64,000 bases of DNA from an uncultured cyanobacterium (GCA_963803805.1 CAWDOD010000003.1:480001-544000); one strand, 5' to 3'. Positions 18,852 to 30,350 are shown, numbered from the stretch's first letter. The notes: generated from the sequence alone by a model not told the origin. Program-made: numbers and translations.

Positions 18852-19739
18852 TTACCTTTTAGCCCTAAACTCCACCACATCATCCTTAACTTCTACATCA
18901 TACTTACTAAAAAACTCTTTCCCTAAAACCCCCACCTCAGCACTAGGGGAAACCGTAGCATTAACATTATTAACCACAGCCCCTCCTGCGTTAATTGACT
19001 TAACTTTAGCGGCTCTTTTATCAGCATCTGGTACAATACCCAGAGATGTAGCTGTGAATTGAGTAATCATTGTACCTCCGCCTCCAGGAGATACGGACAT
19101 TTCCACCGAACTAGAACCATTTAAAGTAACATTAATCACTGGATTTCCATTCAGGCGACGGTTAATTGTGGCAGTATAAACCTCTCGGTTATCTGGAGCT
19201 TTTTCCTTCTCTTCTCCCTCCACAGAAGCGACTTTTTCATCATTTGTAGAAGTTGAATCGTTTGAAGAGATAGAAGTTGTTCTTGGCTTTTGGGCTGGAA
19301 CTTGAGAAGGTAATTTGGCTTTTTGCGTGGCACTGTTAAAAGCATTCTTATATTCAGCCAAATTTGTCTGGGCATCTTGATAACTTTGGTGAGATTTGTC
19401 AACAGTCTCTAACAAAACAATCGCATTTTGCCAACGCTTAGCCACTAATTGCCAATCTTCAGGAGATTGAGCCGAACTAGCTATCACTTTTGCCCCTTCT
19501 GCAATATCTAACGCCCGTTCATAATTCTTTTGAATTTCTTCAGTAGAAGGAGGTACAGGAGACGGAGATGGGGTAGGAGAAAGCCTAGGTTGAGGAGTTG
19601 GAGATATAGGAGCAACAGCCCCTTGGGAACGAGAAGAAGGAAGTAGCGAATCAAGATTGCTACAGGCAACACTCGCTGCTGCTAAAATAGCGGAGCAAAT
19701 CAGAATGGTAGTGCGGGGCTGATCAGGCTTAAAAGTCAT
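18852..19739 (-). CDS. Lipoprotein with a helical domain and a C-terminal retropepsin-like domain lacking the catalytic Asp
   Basis: Lipobox SVAC, Pro-rich linker, SAQSPEDWQLVAKRW helical unit, C-terminal PVINVTLNG..EMSVSPGGGGTMIT...GVLGKEFF. Confidence 0.75.
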   Translation of the reverse strand: MTFKPDQPRTTILICSAILAAASVACSNLDSLLPSSRSQGAVAPISPTPQPRLSPTPSPSPVPPSTEEIQKNYERALDIAEGAKVIASSAQSPEDWQLVAKRWQNAIVLLETVDKSHQSYQDAQTNLAEYKNAFNSATQKAKLPSQVPAQKPRTTSISSNDSTSTNDEKVASVEGEEKEKAPDNREVYTATINRRLNGNPVINVTLNGSSSVEMSVSPGGGGTMITQFTATSLGIVPDADKRAAKVKSINAGGAVVNNVNATVSPSAEVGVLGKEFFSKYDVEVKDDVVEFRAKR

Positions 19740-19885
19740 TTTCAGCTTGTATACATCAAATTATCAATAAATAGTATGCCCAGTTTTTTGCTTATCAAAG
19801 CTTTTTTACTAGACATAGGGTCAATACACCGCTACCATGCCCTTCAGATAAAAATAGTTAGCAACAAGGGTGGAGAACTTCAATT

Positions 19886-21028
19886 ATGCCTATCACCAAT
19901 GCTCAACCAGCCTTATTAGTCCTTGCTGACGGCAGTTCTTATCAAGGTTGGTCTTTTGGCTCTCTTCATACCACTATTGGAGAGGTCGTTTTTAATACAG
20001 GCATGACAGGATATCAGGAAGTTTTAACTGATCCGAGTTATTGTGGTCAAATTGTCATTTTTACCTACCCAGAATTGGGTAATACAGGGGTTAACCCTGA
20101 AGATGAAGAATCCTCTCGTCCCCACGTTAAGGGAGTAATCGCTCGTAATATTTCTCATCGCCCTAGTAATTGGCGAGCGACACAATCTTTGCCAGATTAT
20201 CTATCAGAAAATCATATACCTGGTATCTATGGGCTTGATACTCGCGCATTAACTAGGAAAATTCGCTCACTAGGAGCCATGAATGGAGGAATATCTACTG
20301 AAATTCTCGATCCTGAAAAGTTACTTCGACAAGTAAAAGCAGCTCCTTCTATGGCAGGCTTGAATCTGGTTAAGGAAGTAACTACCAAAGAAGTTTATGA
20401 ATGGTCTGAGGTTACAGAACCTAATTGGCAGTATGGTCATGATACTAGCTTAGAGTCAGAAAAACCTCTAACAGTAGTAGCCCTGGATTTTGGAGTTAAA
20501 CGGAATATCCTGAAGCGTTTAGCTAATTATGGTTGTCGAGTTATTGTTGTACCTGCTGGTACTTCTCCAGAAGACATCCTCAAACACAATCCCGACGGCA
20601 TTTTTCTTTCTAACGGTCCAGGAGATCCTGCTGCTAATACTGAGGGTATTGAAACCACTAAGGCTTTATTAAAAGGTGACAAACCGATGTTTGGTATTTG
20701 TATGGGACATCAAATACTTGGTCTTTCCCTAGGGGGGGATACTTTCAAGCTTAAGTTTGGGCATCGAGGTTTAAATCAACCTGCGGGTTTGAAGCAAAAG
20801 ATAGAAATTACCAGCCAAAATCATGGTTTCGCTGTCGAAGGAGATTCTTTAGATGCCGAAGTTGAAGTTACTCACCTTAATCTTAATGACCAGACAGTAG
20901 CGGGGTTGCGACATAAAAATTTACCCTTCTTTTCTGTCCAGTACCACCCTGAAGCTAGTCCTGGACCCCATGATGCAGATTATTTGTTTGAAGAGTTTGT
21001 CAAGTTGATGCGACAGAAGGAGCAATAA
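19886..21028 (+). CDS. carA: Carbamoyl-phosphate synthase small subunit
   Basis: [39 protein letters not shown]. Confidence 0.97.
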   Translation: MPITNAQPALLVLADGSSYQGWSFGSLHTTIGEVVFNTGMTGYQEVLTDPSYCGQIVIFTYPELGNTGVNPEDEESSRPHVKGVIARNISHRPSNWRATQSLPDYLSENHIPGIYGLDTRALTRKIRSLGAMNGGISTEILDPEKLLRQVKAAPSMAGLNLVKEVTTKEVYEWSEVTEPNWQYGHDTSLESEKPLTVVALDFGVKRNILKRLANYGCRVIVVPAGTSPEDILKHNPDGIFLSNGPGDPAANTEGIETTKALLKGDKPMFGICMGHQILGLSLGGDTFKLKFGHRGLNQPAGLKQKIEITSQNHGFAVEGDSLDAEVEVTHLNLNDQTVAGLRHKNLPFFSVQYHPEASPGPHDADYLFEEFVKLMRQKEQ

Positions 21029-21110
21029 AAAAAACTTTGTTCAAAAATGCTGATTTAGCTATATAATATTACATTGATCTTACGACGCTACAAAATGTTA
21101 GGAGGAAGTT

Positions 21111-21485
21111 ATTCCTGAGCCACTAACCTTGACAGTCAGCTTGAGGGGCACTCGCGAGGTCAAGGAAAAAGAAAACTGCCAAATATTTCGTCTTACTGGA
21201 CTGTTAGATGCCTTTTCTGAACCAACATTTCGCAGAGTAATTGGTAACTGTATTGATGAAGGACCAAGCAATGTCATTTTAGACCTTGCTCAAATCGACT
21301 TCGTAGATAGTTCTGGGTTGGGTGCTTTGGTACAACTAGTAAAAAAAGCTCAAACCGCCGGCGGAACTCTGCAAATTGTCACTAATGCCCGGGTGACTCA
21401 AACAGTGAAACTAGTTCGTTTAGAAAAGTTTCTTTCCATGCAGCCTTCTGTGCAAGTTGCTCTAGACAGTATCAAGGGTTCTTAA
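21111..21485 (+). CDS. STAS-domain anti-sigma factor antagonist (start probably ATT 21111; alternative TTG 21129)
   Basis: LTGLLDAFS and FVDSSGLGALV motifs; AGGAGG at 21100-21105. Confidence 0.88.
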   Translation: MPEPLTLTVSLRGTREVKEKENCQIFRLTGLLDAFSEPTFRRVIGNCIDEGPSNVILDLAQIDFVDSSGLGALVQLVKKAQTAGGTLQIVTNARVTQTVKLVRLEKFLSMQPSVQVALDSIKGS

Positions 21486-21606
21486 AAAGTTACAGTTTAC
21501 AGTTTACTGATTTTGCAAGCTCTGAGGTTATACTAGCCCGGTAGCTTGTTTTTTATTTGTTTTCATCTACAATTAACGGGGATAGAGGATTCTTTCAAAT
21601 GTAAGT

Positions 21607-22068
21607 GTGGATTCACCAGAGGGGCCAAATAATTTCAATTTTCCAGTAACTGGCTCAAGCTCACCACGAGGGGAAGTCAGATTCCGGAGTATGTTCGTAG
21701 GCGCTTGTGTCCCCATAGAACGCCTTTCTCCAGCATCTCTAGCTTATTTAGGAGATGCTGTTTACGAGCTTTATATACGCACCCACTACCTTTTTCCTGC
21801 CAAACGTCTCTCTACTTATAACCAAAAAGTTGTTACCCAAGTTAGAGCAGAAACTCAAGCTGAGCAACTGCGATCGCTCATCCCCAATCTTACTGAATTT
21901 GAATTAGAAATTGTTCGTCGAGGCAGAAATGCTACTAGCAAAAGCCCTCGTCGCCTTTCTCAAAAGATTTATCAACAAGCAACGGCTTTAGAAACTCTTA
22001 TTGGTCATCTCTATATTAGTGATCCCCAAAGGTTAAATGAGTTGCTAGCAGAGTTGGTAATTAACTAA
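21607..22068 (+). CDS. mrnC: Mini-ribonuclease III
   Basis: LAYLGDAVYELYIR, VRAETQA, RRGRN, YQQATALETLIG; start uncertain. Confidence 0.9.
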   Translation: MDSPEGPNNFNFPVTGSSSPRGEVRFRSMFVGACVPIERLSPASLAYLGDAVYELYIRTHYLFPAKRLSTYNQKVVTQVRAETQAEQLRSLIPNLTEFELEIVRRGRNATSKSPRRLSQKIYQQATALETLIGHLYISDPQRLNELLAELVIN

Positions 22069-22100
22069 TTGACTAGAGTAATGTTAAAAATCGATGACAT

Positions 22101-23084
22101 ATGGCTAACCAAAATAACAACTTCAAGGAAACTAAAAATCCTCAGTCTGCTCGGCCTTTAACTAAAAAAAGAGTTAAAATCAAAGCCATTTCTCAGAAAA
22201 AATTTGAGGGTAACAGTAAGCGCAATCCTTTAAAGATAAAAACATCTGAACCGAAAGAATCTATTTCTAATCCCCTAGAACAAGAGGAAAATGACCTGGT
22301 TTATGGTTGTCATTCTGTCCTAGCGGTGCTAGAAGGAAAGCGGCAAATAAATCGGATTTGGGTAACCTCCAAACTACGCTATAGTAATCGCTTTCATTCC
22401 TTACTCCTAGAAGCTAAAGCTAACGGTTCTATTATTGATGAAGTTGATCCCCTACGCTTAAATCAGATCACTAAAGGAGGTAATCATCAAGGAATAGCTG
22501 CTCAAGTTGCACCTTATTCCTACTGGGATTTAGGTGCGTTGATTGAACAAGCAAAGCTAGTCAAGGAAGATCCTGTACTGGTGATTGCTGATGGGATCAA
22601 CGATCCCCATAACCTGGGAGCTATTATTCGTACAGCAGAAGCATTAGGAACTCAGGGCTTGATTATGCCCCAAAGACGCTGTACAGGGATCACATCTACG
22701 GTGATGAAAGTTGCTGCTGGCGCTTTAGAAAATTTCCCTGTCGCTAGGGTTGTCAATCTTCGTCGAGCTTTAGAAGAATTAAAAGCAGCAGATTTCTGGA
22801 TTTATGGTACTGTATCTCAAAACCATAAACCTCTACATACCGTTGAGTTTAAAGGCCCAGTAGGTTTAGTCGTCGGTTCGGAAGGAGATGGTCTAAATCT
22901 CTTAACAGAGCGCTGTTGCGACTTTTTGGTTTCTATCCCCCTTAGTGGTAAAACACCAAGCTTAAATGCCTCTGTTGCTACAGCCATTACCCTGTATGAA
23001 GTGTATCGGCAACGGCAATCTGAGAAACTGGATCTGAAAAAGTTTTCTCAGGAAACTTTGACAAATCAGAATAACAGAGTATAA
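22101..23084 (+). CDS. rlmB: 23S rRNA (guanosine-2'-O)-methyltransferase RlmB (SpoU family)
   Basis: [36 protein letters not shown]. Confidence 0.93.
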   Translation: MANQNNNFKETKNPQSARPLTKKRVKIKAISQKKFEGNSKRNPLKIKTSEPKESISNPLEQEENDLVYGCHSVLAVLEGKRQINRIWVTSKLRYSNRFHSLLLEAKANGSIIDEVDPLRLNQITKGGNHQGIAAQVAPYSYWDLGALIEQAKLVKEDPVLVIADGINDPHNLGAIIRTAEALGTQGLIMPQRRCTGITSTVMKVAAGALENFPVARVVNLRRALEELKAADFWIYGTVSQNHKPLHTVEFKGPVGLVVGSEGDGLNLLTERCCDFLVSIPLSGKTPSLNASVATAITLYEVYRQRQSEKLDLKKFSQETLTNQNNRV

Positions 23085-23150
23085 ACAGAGTATAAAAAAG
23101 AAGTGTGAAAATAGCTTTACTTTAGTCCTGCTATACTACAAAAAAAACTG

Positions 23151-23435
23151 ATGAAAGATTTTTTAACTAATCTATTACAGCTCGTTGGTGCGGCGGTTTG
23201 GATAGAAATTACTACCGAAACCCCTAAATGTACTTATTATTTCGGTCCTTTCGCCAGTAAACAAGAAGCTGAAAAGGCTCAATCTGGCTATTTAGAAGAC
23301 CTAAAAGGTGAACAGGCTCAAGGAATTGTGGTTGCAGTTAAGCGTTGTAATCCTAGTAAATTGACAATTTACGACGAATTGGGGGAGTCTAAAGACCTTG
23401 AGCGAATTCCCACTCTCAGCGGTCAGTTTTTTTAG
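23151..23435 (+). CDS. DUF1816 family protein
   Basis: WIEITT..PKCTYYFGPF....A...GYLEDL..E.AQGI. Confidence 0.85.
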   Translation: MKDFLTNLLQLVGAAVWIEITTETPKCTYYFGPFASKQEAEKAQSGYLEDLKGEQAQGIVVAVKRCNPSKLTIYDELGESKDLERIPTLSGQFF

Positions 23436-23450
23436 GGGAAGTAATTTTAA

Positions 23451-23493
23451 AAACTGGAATATTGGAGAACTTAAATTTTTGATATTCCAGTTT
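23451..23493. terminator. Hairpin between convergent DUF1816 gene and ychF
   Basis: AAACTGGAATAT...ATATTCCAGTTT flanked by A/T runs. Confidence 0.6.
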
Positions 23494-23532
23494 ATTTTTT
23501 AATAGAAAAAGTCAGTTTCTAGCGTTGCTGTT

Positions 23533-24624
23533 CTAAACATTGAATCGGAACAACATCACATCTCCTTCTTGAACAACATACTCTTTTCCTTCACTGCGAA
23601 CTAATCCCTTTTCCTTTGCTGCATTGAGAGAGCCGGCCTCAACCAAATTTTGGTAACTAACAGTTTCGGCTCTAATAAAACCACGCTCAAAATCTGTATG
23701 AATAACCCCAGCCGCTTGAGGTGCTTTCATACCCGATTGAATAGTCCAGGCACGAGTTTCTTCTGGCCCTGTGGTCAAATAGGTACGCAAACCCAAAAGT
23801 TGGTAGGTAGCAGCAATCAAAGATTTTAATCCCCCTTCTTCTACTCCCAAGGCTGCTAAAAAGTCGTCCCTTTCTTCTTCAGGTAATTCAATTAATTCTG
23901 ATTCTACTTGAGCAGAAATAATCACGACTTTGGCCTCTTCTTGAACAGCTACTTCCTTAACCTTTTCTACCCAATCATTACCAGTAGCTAAATCATCTTC
24001 AGAAACATTAGCTCCATAAATAACTGGCTTATTAGTTAATAGACCCAAAGGTTTAATGATTATTTCTTCGTCTTCAGTTAAATCTATCTGTCGTACTACT
24101 TGGCCCTTATCCAAAGCTGTAGCCAACTTCTGTAATAACTCTAATTCTACTTGAGCATCTTTATTGGAGCGAGCTTGCTTTCGTACTCTTTCGATACGAT
24201 TCTCAACTTGAGCCAAATCAGCTAAAGCAAGTTCTAAATTAATTACTTCAATATCTCGAACCGGATCAACAGAACCAGAAACATGAATAATATCTTCACT
24301 ATCAAAACACCGCACTACATGAACAATCGCATCAACTTCTCGAATATTACCAAGAAATTGATTCCCTAATCCTTCATTCTTGCTAGCACCTTTAACTAAA
24401 CCGGCAATATCAACAAATTCGATCCTTGTCGGCACAATTTGTTTTGAGGCAGAAATTTTAGCTAAAACTTCTAACCTTTTGTCTGGTACAGCTACGATTC
24501 CAAAGTTGGGTTTAATAGTACAAAAAGGAAAATTAGCGGCTTCGGCTTTAGCATTAGCCACCAAAGCATTAAATAAAGTAGACTTGCCAACATTAGGCAG
24601 ACCAACAATTCCAGCTTTTAGCAT
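23533..24624 (-). CDS. ychF: Redox-regulated ATPase YchF
   Basis: GIVGLPNVGKST, NFPFCTI, DIAGLV, IHTDFERGFIRAE, FRFNV. Confidence 0.97.
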   Translation of the reverse strand: MLKAGIVGLPNVGKSTLFNALVANAKAEAANFPFCTIKPNFGIVAVPDKRLEVLAKISASKQIVPTRIEFVDIAGLVKGASKNEGLGNQFLGNIREVDAIVHVVRCFDSEDIIHVSGSVDPVRDIEVINLELALADLAQVENRIERVRKQARSNKDAQVELELLQKLATALDKGQVVRQIDLTEDEEIIIKPLGLLTNKPVIYGANVSEDDLATGNDWVEKVKEVAVQEEAKVVIISAQVESELIELPEEERDDFLAALGVEEGGLKSLIAATYQLLGLRTYLTTGPEETRAWTIQSGMKAPQAAGVIHTDFERGFIRAETVSYQNLVEAGSLNAAKEKGLVRSEGKEYVVQEGDVMLFRFNV

Positions 24625-24727
24625 AGTAATTTAAAATAATTAATCAGGTTTCGTTTGTGATCGCCAAGCTTAACTCATAGCCCGCCAGTCAAATACTTTA
24701 GCAACATCTTCTTACTTTTTGGCCTTC

Positions 24728-26206
24728 ATGTCTTCTGATTTTCATTCTAGTTCTCAGGAGCAAACGCCTTTACTAGATACTCTCAAAACCTTGGCAAATC
24801 AACCTGATGCCGCATTTTATGCCCCAGGGCATAAGAGAGGTCAAGGAATATCTCAAAAATTAGCTAACCTGTTAGGAGAGGCGGTATTCAAAGCTGATTT
24901 ACCTGAACTACCAGAATTAGACAATCTTTTTGCTCCTGAAACAACCATCAAAGCATCTCAAGATTTAGCAGCACAAGCTTTTGGAGCAGAACAGACTTGG
25001 TTTTTGGTCAACGGTTCTACCTGTGGCATTGAAGCGGCTATTCTCGCTACCTGTGGTGAGGGAGATAAAATCATTTTGCCCCGGAACATTCATCAATCGG
25101 CGATCGCTGGTTTAGTTCTTTCTGGGGCTATGCCCGTTTTCATCAATCCTCCCTATAATCCCCAACAGGACTTAACCTACTGCATCACTCCAGAGGCAGT
25201 TAAACAGGCTTTAAAGCAGCATCCAACTGCTAAAGCCATAATGCTAGTTTACCCAACTTATCACGGCATCTGTGGCGATCTAAGTGCCATTGCTGCCCTT
25301 GCCCATCAACATAGCATCCCTCTCCTTGTAGACGAAGCCCACGGACCCCACTTTTATTTTCACCCAGACTTACCAACTTCTGCCCTCGCTGCTGGTGCAG
25401 ATTTAGTTGTTCAGTCTAGCCACAAAGTTATTGGGGCAATGACCCAGGCTTCTATGCTACACGTCCAAGGTTCAAGAATAGATAGGCAAAGGCTCAGTAA
25501 AAGCCTTCAACTACTGCAATCGACAAGCCCTAGTTATTTACTTTTAGCTTCTCTTGATGCTGCGAGACAGCAAATGGCTACCCAAGGAAAAGAATTACTT
25601 GACAAAACCCTCAATCTCTCTTCTATAGCCACAAAAACCCTTAACCAACTACCGAAATTAGAAATACTCAAAAAACCAACCAAACCAACACCAGGTTTCC
25701 TTGATTTAGATTTGACCCGACTAACAGTAGGAATTTCTCAATTAGGAATCGATGGCTTCGCTGCTGATGAAATTCTTCACTGTCAGTTAGGTGTTACAGC
25801 CGAGTTACCAATGTTACAGCATTTAACTTTTATTATTTCCCTTGGCAACACTGAAACTGACATCGAAAAATTAATGCAAGGGTTTGCCACTTTAAGCGCA
25901 AAATACGGCGATCGCTCCCCAAATCTTTCTTTACCAACTTTCCCTCAATTTTCACTTATTAGCAATAACCAAATTTCTCCTCGCCAAGCCTTCTTTGCCC
26001 CAAGCCAAACCCTTCCTTTAGAGCAAACTATTGACCGCATCAGTACAGAACTTATTTGTCCTTACCCTCCTGGTATTCCTGTCTTAATGCCAGGGGAAAA
26101 AATCTCTGCTTCCTCACTTAATTTCCTGCAAAAAATCCTTGCTGCGGGAGGAAGTATTACAGGTTGTAGCGATACCACCCTGAAAACTATCAGGGTTCTC
26201 CATTAA
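24728..26206 (+). CDS. Orn/Lys/Arg decarboxylase (PLP-dependent, fold I)
   Basis: PGHKRG, LVNGST, DEAHG, QSSHK, STSPSY, PYPPGIP. Confidence 0.92.
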   Translation: MSSDFHSSSQEQTPLLDTLKTLANQPDAAFYAPGHKRGQGISQKLANLLGEAVFKADLPELPELDNLFAPETTIKASQDLAAQAFGAEQTWFLVNGSTCGIEAAILATCGEGDKIILPRNIHQSAIAGLVLSGAMPVFINPPYNPQQDLTYCITPEAVKQALKQHPTAKAIMLVYPTYHGICGDLSAIAALAHQHSIPLLVDEAHGPHFYFHPDLPTSALAAGADLVVQSSHKVIGAMTQASMLHVQGSRIDRQRLSKSLQLLQSTSPSYLLLASLDAARQQMATQGKELLDKTLNLSSIATKTLNQLPKLEILKKPTKPTPGFLDLDLTRLTVGISQLGIDGFAADEILHCQLGVTAELPMLQHLTFIISLGNTETDIEKLMQGFATLSAKYGDRSPNLSLPTFPQFSLISNNQISPRQAFFAPSQTLPLEQTIDRISTELICPYPPGIPVLMPGEKISASSLNFLQKILAAGGSITGCSDTTLKTIRVLH

Positions 26207-26237
26207 AGTGATTTTAGTATTGTGACATGAAAACTTT

Positions 26238-26828
26238 ATGATTTGGCCTTACACAACCCCTGGTATTCCCGATCATCTCTTCGAGCGTTTGCCTGGTATT
26301 CCCCTCAGTAAACGAGAAGTTAGATTATTAATCATCTCCTACCTACGGATGGAATCCAACTCAGTACTGTGGGACATTGGTGCAGGTACAGGTACAATTC
26401 CTATAGAAATGGGCTTACTTTGCCCTGATAGTAAAATTATTGCTGTAGAAAGAGATGAAGATGTTGCCAAACTGATTCGTCGTAACTGTACTCACTTTGG
26501 GGTTAAGAATGTAGAAGTAATTGAGGGCAGCGCTCCAGAATGTCTGGAATACCTAACTTCTGTTCCCCAGCGCATCTGCATTGAGGGGGGAAGACCTGTC
26601 AAAGAAATTCTTAAGTCTGTTTGGGAATACCTGCCTTCCCAAGGCAGAGTTGTAGCCACAGCCGGCAACCTAGAAAATCTCTATACAATTTCTGAAGGAT
26701 TAGCTGAATTACAAGCTCGTAATGTAGAAGTAGTTCAATCAGCAGTTAATCGTTTAGAAACGCGAGGAATACAACAAGTCTTTGCTGCTGTAAGCCCAAT
26801 GTTCATTTTAAGTGGAGAGAAGTTGTAA
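26238..26828 (+). CDS. cbiT: Precorrin-6Y C15-methyltransferase CbiT
   Basis: TPGIPD, KREVR, WDIGAGTGTI, GSAPE. Confidence 0.92.
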   Translation: MIWPYTTPGIPDHLFERLPGIPLSKREVRLLIISYLRMESNSVLWDIGAGTGTIPIEMGLLCPDSKIIAVERDEDVAKLIRRNCTHFGVKNVEVIEGSAPECLEYLTSVPQRICIEGGRPVKEILKSVWEYLPSQGRVVATAGNLENLYTISEGLAELQARNVEVVQSAVNRLETRGIQQVFAAVSPMFILSGEKL

Positions 26829-27066
26829 TTTTTCATAATTCAAAGTCTCACTAAATTAACTCCCATGTAAAGATTTAGCTTGCCATAGCAAAAGCGAATA
26901 AAAAGTTTACATAACAAGCTAAGCATTCAGGTCAATACTTTCTAGCCTTTGTATTGTAGCCAATATACAAACTGTGTCTAAGTATTTTGTTAACCTTTCA
27001 TAAGGTTTTGTTAACCTGTTTGCTTGCGGCTATCCTTCGCTATCTATCAAAAAGCGGGTTTGTATT

Positions 27067-27963
27067 ATGTGGTCTAGAATCTTCAGTGGAATTATTGCCA
27101 TCACTCTGGCTATAGGAATGATAGTTTTTGGAGGATGGTACTTTACTGTCGGTTTAGGTGTCATCGTTTTTTTAGGGCAACTAGAATATTTTCGACTAGT
27201 AAGGGCAAAAGGAATTGCTCCGGCCGGGAAAACAACTTTAGTAGTTTCTCAATTACTACTCATTACAGCTATAGCTGCTCCATCTTTGACTGATGCCATG
27301 TTTCCTATTGCTGGAACCTTCATCTGCTTTTATCTGCTATTCCAGCCTAAGATGGCAAGCATTGCTGATATTTCAACTTCCATACTAGGGCTGTTTTACG
27401 GCGGTTTCTTGCCTAGTTATTGGATTAGATTAAGGGTTAATTTAGCTGAAGTATCTTCCTCTGCTTATGCTCAAAGCAGCCCGAAAATAACCAATTTATC
27501 CCTTAATGCCTATTGGCCTGAATCTTGGACTGACCCCAATACTTTTCCAAAAGCTTTAATCATCACATTACTTGCCTTTTGCTGTATTTGGGCTGCTGAT
27601 ATTGGTGCTTACACCATGGGCAAATTTTTGGGGCGCACCAAACTTTCTCATATTAGTCCCAAAAAAACCGTAGAAGGAGCTTTGTTTGGATTCACCGGCA
27701 GTATCATTTTAGCCGAGGTAGGGGCTTGGTATTTACACTGGCCTTGGTGGCAATTAACTGGGCTTGTATTCGGACTGTTAATTGGAGTAGCTAGCTTACT
27801 CGGAGACTTAACTGAGTCCATGATGAAAAGAGATGCAGGGGTAAAAGATTCTGGACAAATGATCCCTGGCCATGGAGGCATACTTGACCGAACTGACAGC
27901 TATGTTTTTACAGCCCCTCTAGTTTATTATTTTGTAACAGTATTGTTGCCTCTCCTCAAATGA
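27067..27963 (+). CDS. cdsA: Phosphatidate cytidylyltransferase
   Basis: ISPKKTVEG, GDLTESMMKRDAGVKDSG..IPGHGGILDRTDS. Confidence 0.96.
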   Translation: MWSRIFSGIIAITLAIGMIVFGGWYFTVGLGVIVFLGQLEYFRLVRAKGIAPAGKTTLVVSQLLLITAIAAPSLTDAMFPIAGTFICFYLLFQPKMASIADISTSILGLFYGGFLPSYWIRLRVNLAEVSSSAYAQSSPKITNLSLNAYWPESWTDPNTFPKALIITLLAFCCIWAADIGAYTMGKFLGRTKLSHISPKKTVEGALFGFTGSIILAEVGAWYLHWPWWQLTGLVFGLLIGVASLLGDLTESMMKRDAGVKDSGQMIPGHGGILDRTDSYVFTAPLVYYFVTVLLPLLK

Positions 27964-28078
27964 GATCACATAGTATTAGCCTCAAAAATAAGTTTACTGA
28001 AACTAGCGCTCAGGAGAAATCTCAGACTATACTAAACGAGGAAATTTGTCGCCAAAGTAATCTTGTCGCAAATCAAGA

Positions 28079-28414
28079 GTGAAATACTTTTTTTTAGCTG
28101 ATGGTTGGATAGTTGGTAGAGTTTGGGAATTTGGAGGACTCTGGAACGCCAATTCCTGGCAACGCCAGCCAGAAATAAACTGTTTAAATCTCTGTATTCT
28201 AGAACAGGGAGAAAAGTTGTGGCTTTATCAAGTAGAAGAAGCTGTTTTAATGGTAGAAATTAAACCTAGTGCTACTACGGCTGCTGCTTCAACTCAAACT
28301 ATTGGTCAGGTAGTATTAAGGCGTTTGATCACTGCGGATTTAGCCATGGAGCGCTTGAGTAAAGCAAATACTATACTTAAATCTCAACAACTAGCAATTG
28401 AGCTAGAACCGTAA
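28079..28414 (+). CDS. Hypothetical protein
   Basis: GTG start; 111-aa ORF with normal composition (KYFFLADGW..GRVWEFGGLW...IGQVVLRRLI). Confidence 0.7.
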   Translation: MKYFFLADGWIVGRVWEFGGLWNANSWQRQPEINCLNLCILEQGEKLWLYQVEEAVLMVEIKPSATTAAASTQTIGQVVLRRLITADLAMERLSKANTILKSQQLAIELEP

Positions 28415-28708
28415 AGATTAGTAAAGATTTAAGTACTTAATTTATCTGTACTTTCATAATTTGCCTTATCTTCAGCTACAAATTCCCCGTAGTAAACTGT
28501 TTTAGTCTTGCAATCGACTCTAACAATAGTTACACTTCTTTAAATAATCTTCAGTTTCGAGAGAAACTTTTGTCTAAATTGATCTAGCCGTTAAAGAACC
28601 CTCAATATTGTGGTTCTGTAAAGGTTGGGATTATGACAAAATCTAATACCGAATTAAGAAAAGAAGAGTAGAAGTAGACATTTATTCTCAAGAGGAGGAG
28701 CGTAGTCG

Positions 28709-30238
28709 ATGGGACTACCTTGGTATAGAGTGCATACAGTTGTCCTGAACGACCCAGGACGACTCATTGCCGTACACCTGATGCATACTGCCTTAGTCGC
28801 AGGATGGGCAGGTTCTATGGCTCTTTATGAGCTAGCAATTTTTGATCCCAGTGATCCCGTTTTGAATCCCATGTGGCGGCAAGGTATGTTTGTTTTGCCC
28901 TTCATGGCTCGTTTAGGTGTGACCGGATCTTGGGGTGGCTGGAATGTCACCGGAGAAATCGGTACAGACCCTGGATTTTGGTCTTTTGAAGGCGTAGCAT
29001 TAGCCCACATTGTTCTTTCTGGTCTTTTATTCCTAGCTGCTTGCTGGCACTGGGTATATTGGGATCTAGAACTATTTAGAGATTCTCGTACCGGAGAACC
29101 AGCCTTAGACTTGCCAAAAATGTTTGGTATTCACCTATTTTTGTCTGGTCTTCTTTGTTTTGGTTTTGGAGCCTTTCATCTCACCGGTCTGTTTGGACCG
29201 GGGATGTGGATCTCAGATCCCTATGGTCTAACAGGTCACGTACAACCTGTAGCACCGGAATGGGGACCAGCGGGTTTTAATCCTTTTAACCCAGGAGGTG
29301 TAGTTGCCCACCACATTGCAGCAGGAATTGTGGGCATTATTGCTGGTTTGTTCCACCTCAGTGTACGACCACCAGAAAGGTTATATCGCGCTCTGCGTAT
29401 GGGTAACATCGAAACAGTACTATCAAGTAGTATAGCTGCTGTTTTCTTCGCTGCCTTTGTCGTAGCAGGAACTATGTGGTACGGCAACGCCACCACACCA
29501 ATAGAACTATTTGGTCCAACCCGCTATCAATGGGATCAAGGCTACTTTCAGCAAGAAATTCAAAGGCGAGTTCAATCTGAATTAGCTGATGGTGCAACGG
29601 CACAAGAAGCTTGGGGTTCAATTCCTGACAAATTAGCTTTCTATGACTACATTGGTAACTCTCCAGCTAAAGGCGGTCTATTCCGTACTGGGGCAATGAA
29701 CAAAGGAAGCGGCATTGCTCAAGATTGGGCTGGACATCCTATTTTCAAGGATAGTGAAGGTCGCGAACTAACGGTTCGCCGTATGCCAAACTTCTTTGAA
29801 ACCTTCCCAGTAGTTTTAACTGATTCAGAAGGTGTAGTGCGCGCTGACATTCCTTTCCGTCGTGCAGAATCTAAATACAGTATTGAACAGACTGGTGTAA
29901 CAGTATCTTTGGCTGGTGGTTCTTTATCGGGTCAAACCTTTAAAGATCCCAAAGTAGTTAAACAGTTTGCCCGCAAATCTCAATTAGGAGAAATATTCGA
30001 GTTTGATACTGAAACCCTAAACTCTGACGGTGTATTCCGTACTAGTCCAAGGGGGTGGTTCACCTACGGTCACGCTGTATTCGCCTTGTTATTCTTCTTT
30101 GGTCATATTTGGCATGGTTCTCGGACATTGTTCCGCGACGTATTTGCTGGTGTTGAAGCAGACCTCGAAGAACAAGTCGAATGGGGTTTATTCCAGAAAC
30201 TTGGTGACAAAACCACTAGGGTAAAAGAAACCGCCTAA
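28709..30238 (+). CDS. psbB: Photosystem II CP47
   Basis: [20 protein letters not shown]-terminus; GGAGG RBS. Confidence 0.99.
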   Translation: MGLPWYRVHTVVLNDPGRLIAVHLMHTALVAGWAGSMALYELAIFDPSDPVLNPMWRQGMFVLPFMARLGVTGSWGGWNVTGEIGTDPGFWSFEGVALAHIVLSGLLFLAACWHWVYWDLELFRDSRTGEPALDLPKMFGIHLFLSGLLCFGFGAFHLTGLFGPGMWISDPYGLTGHVQPVAPEWGPAGFNPFNPGGVVAHHIAAGIVGIIAGLFHLSVRPPERLYRALRMGNIETVLSSSIAAVFFAAFVVAGTMWYGNATTPIELFGPTRYQWDQGYFQQEIQRRVQSELADGATAQEAWGSIPDKLAFYDYIGNSPAKGGLFRTGAMNKGSGIAQDWAGHPIFKDSEGRELTVRRMPNFFETFPVVLTDSEGVVRADIPFRRAESKYSIEQTGVTVSLAGGSLSGQTFKDPKVVKQFARKSQLGEIFEFDTETLNSDGVFRTSPRGWFTYGHAVFALLFFFGHIWHGSRTLFRDVFAGVEADLEEQVEWGLFQKLGDKTTRVKETA

Positions 30239-30253
30239 ACAGGTTTCAATGAC

Positions 30254-30309
30254 AAGGGTTTGGTTGAGACAGGGGGATTTTTTAATTTCTCTTTCCCCAC
30301 CAAGCCCTT
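30254..30309 (+). terminator. Stem-loop 3' of psbB (stabiliser or partial terminator)
   Basis: AAGGGTTTGGT...ACCAAGCCCTT outer stem. Confidence 0.5.
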
Positions 30310-30350
30310 TTCTTGATAGAATCTTATTAAAGCAATCAGGAAAATATATT

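Noticed and set aside
30249-30350. 65-aa ORF extending psbT upstream
   Set aside because: PsbT is about 31 aa and starts at ATG 30351; the extension runs through a stem-loop
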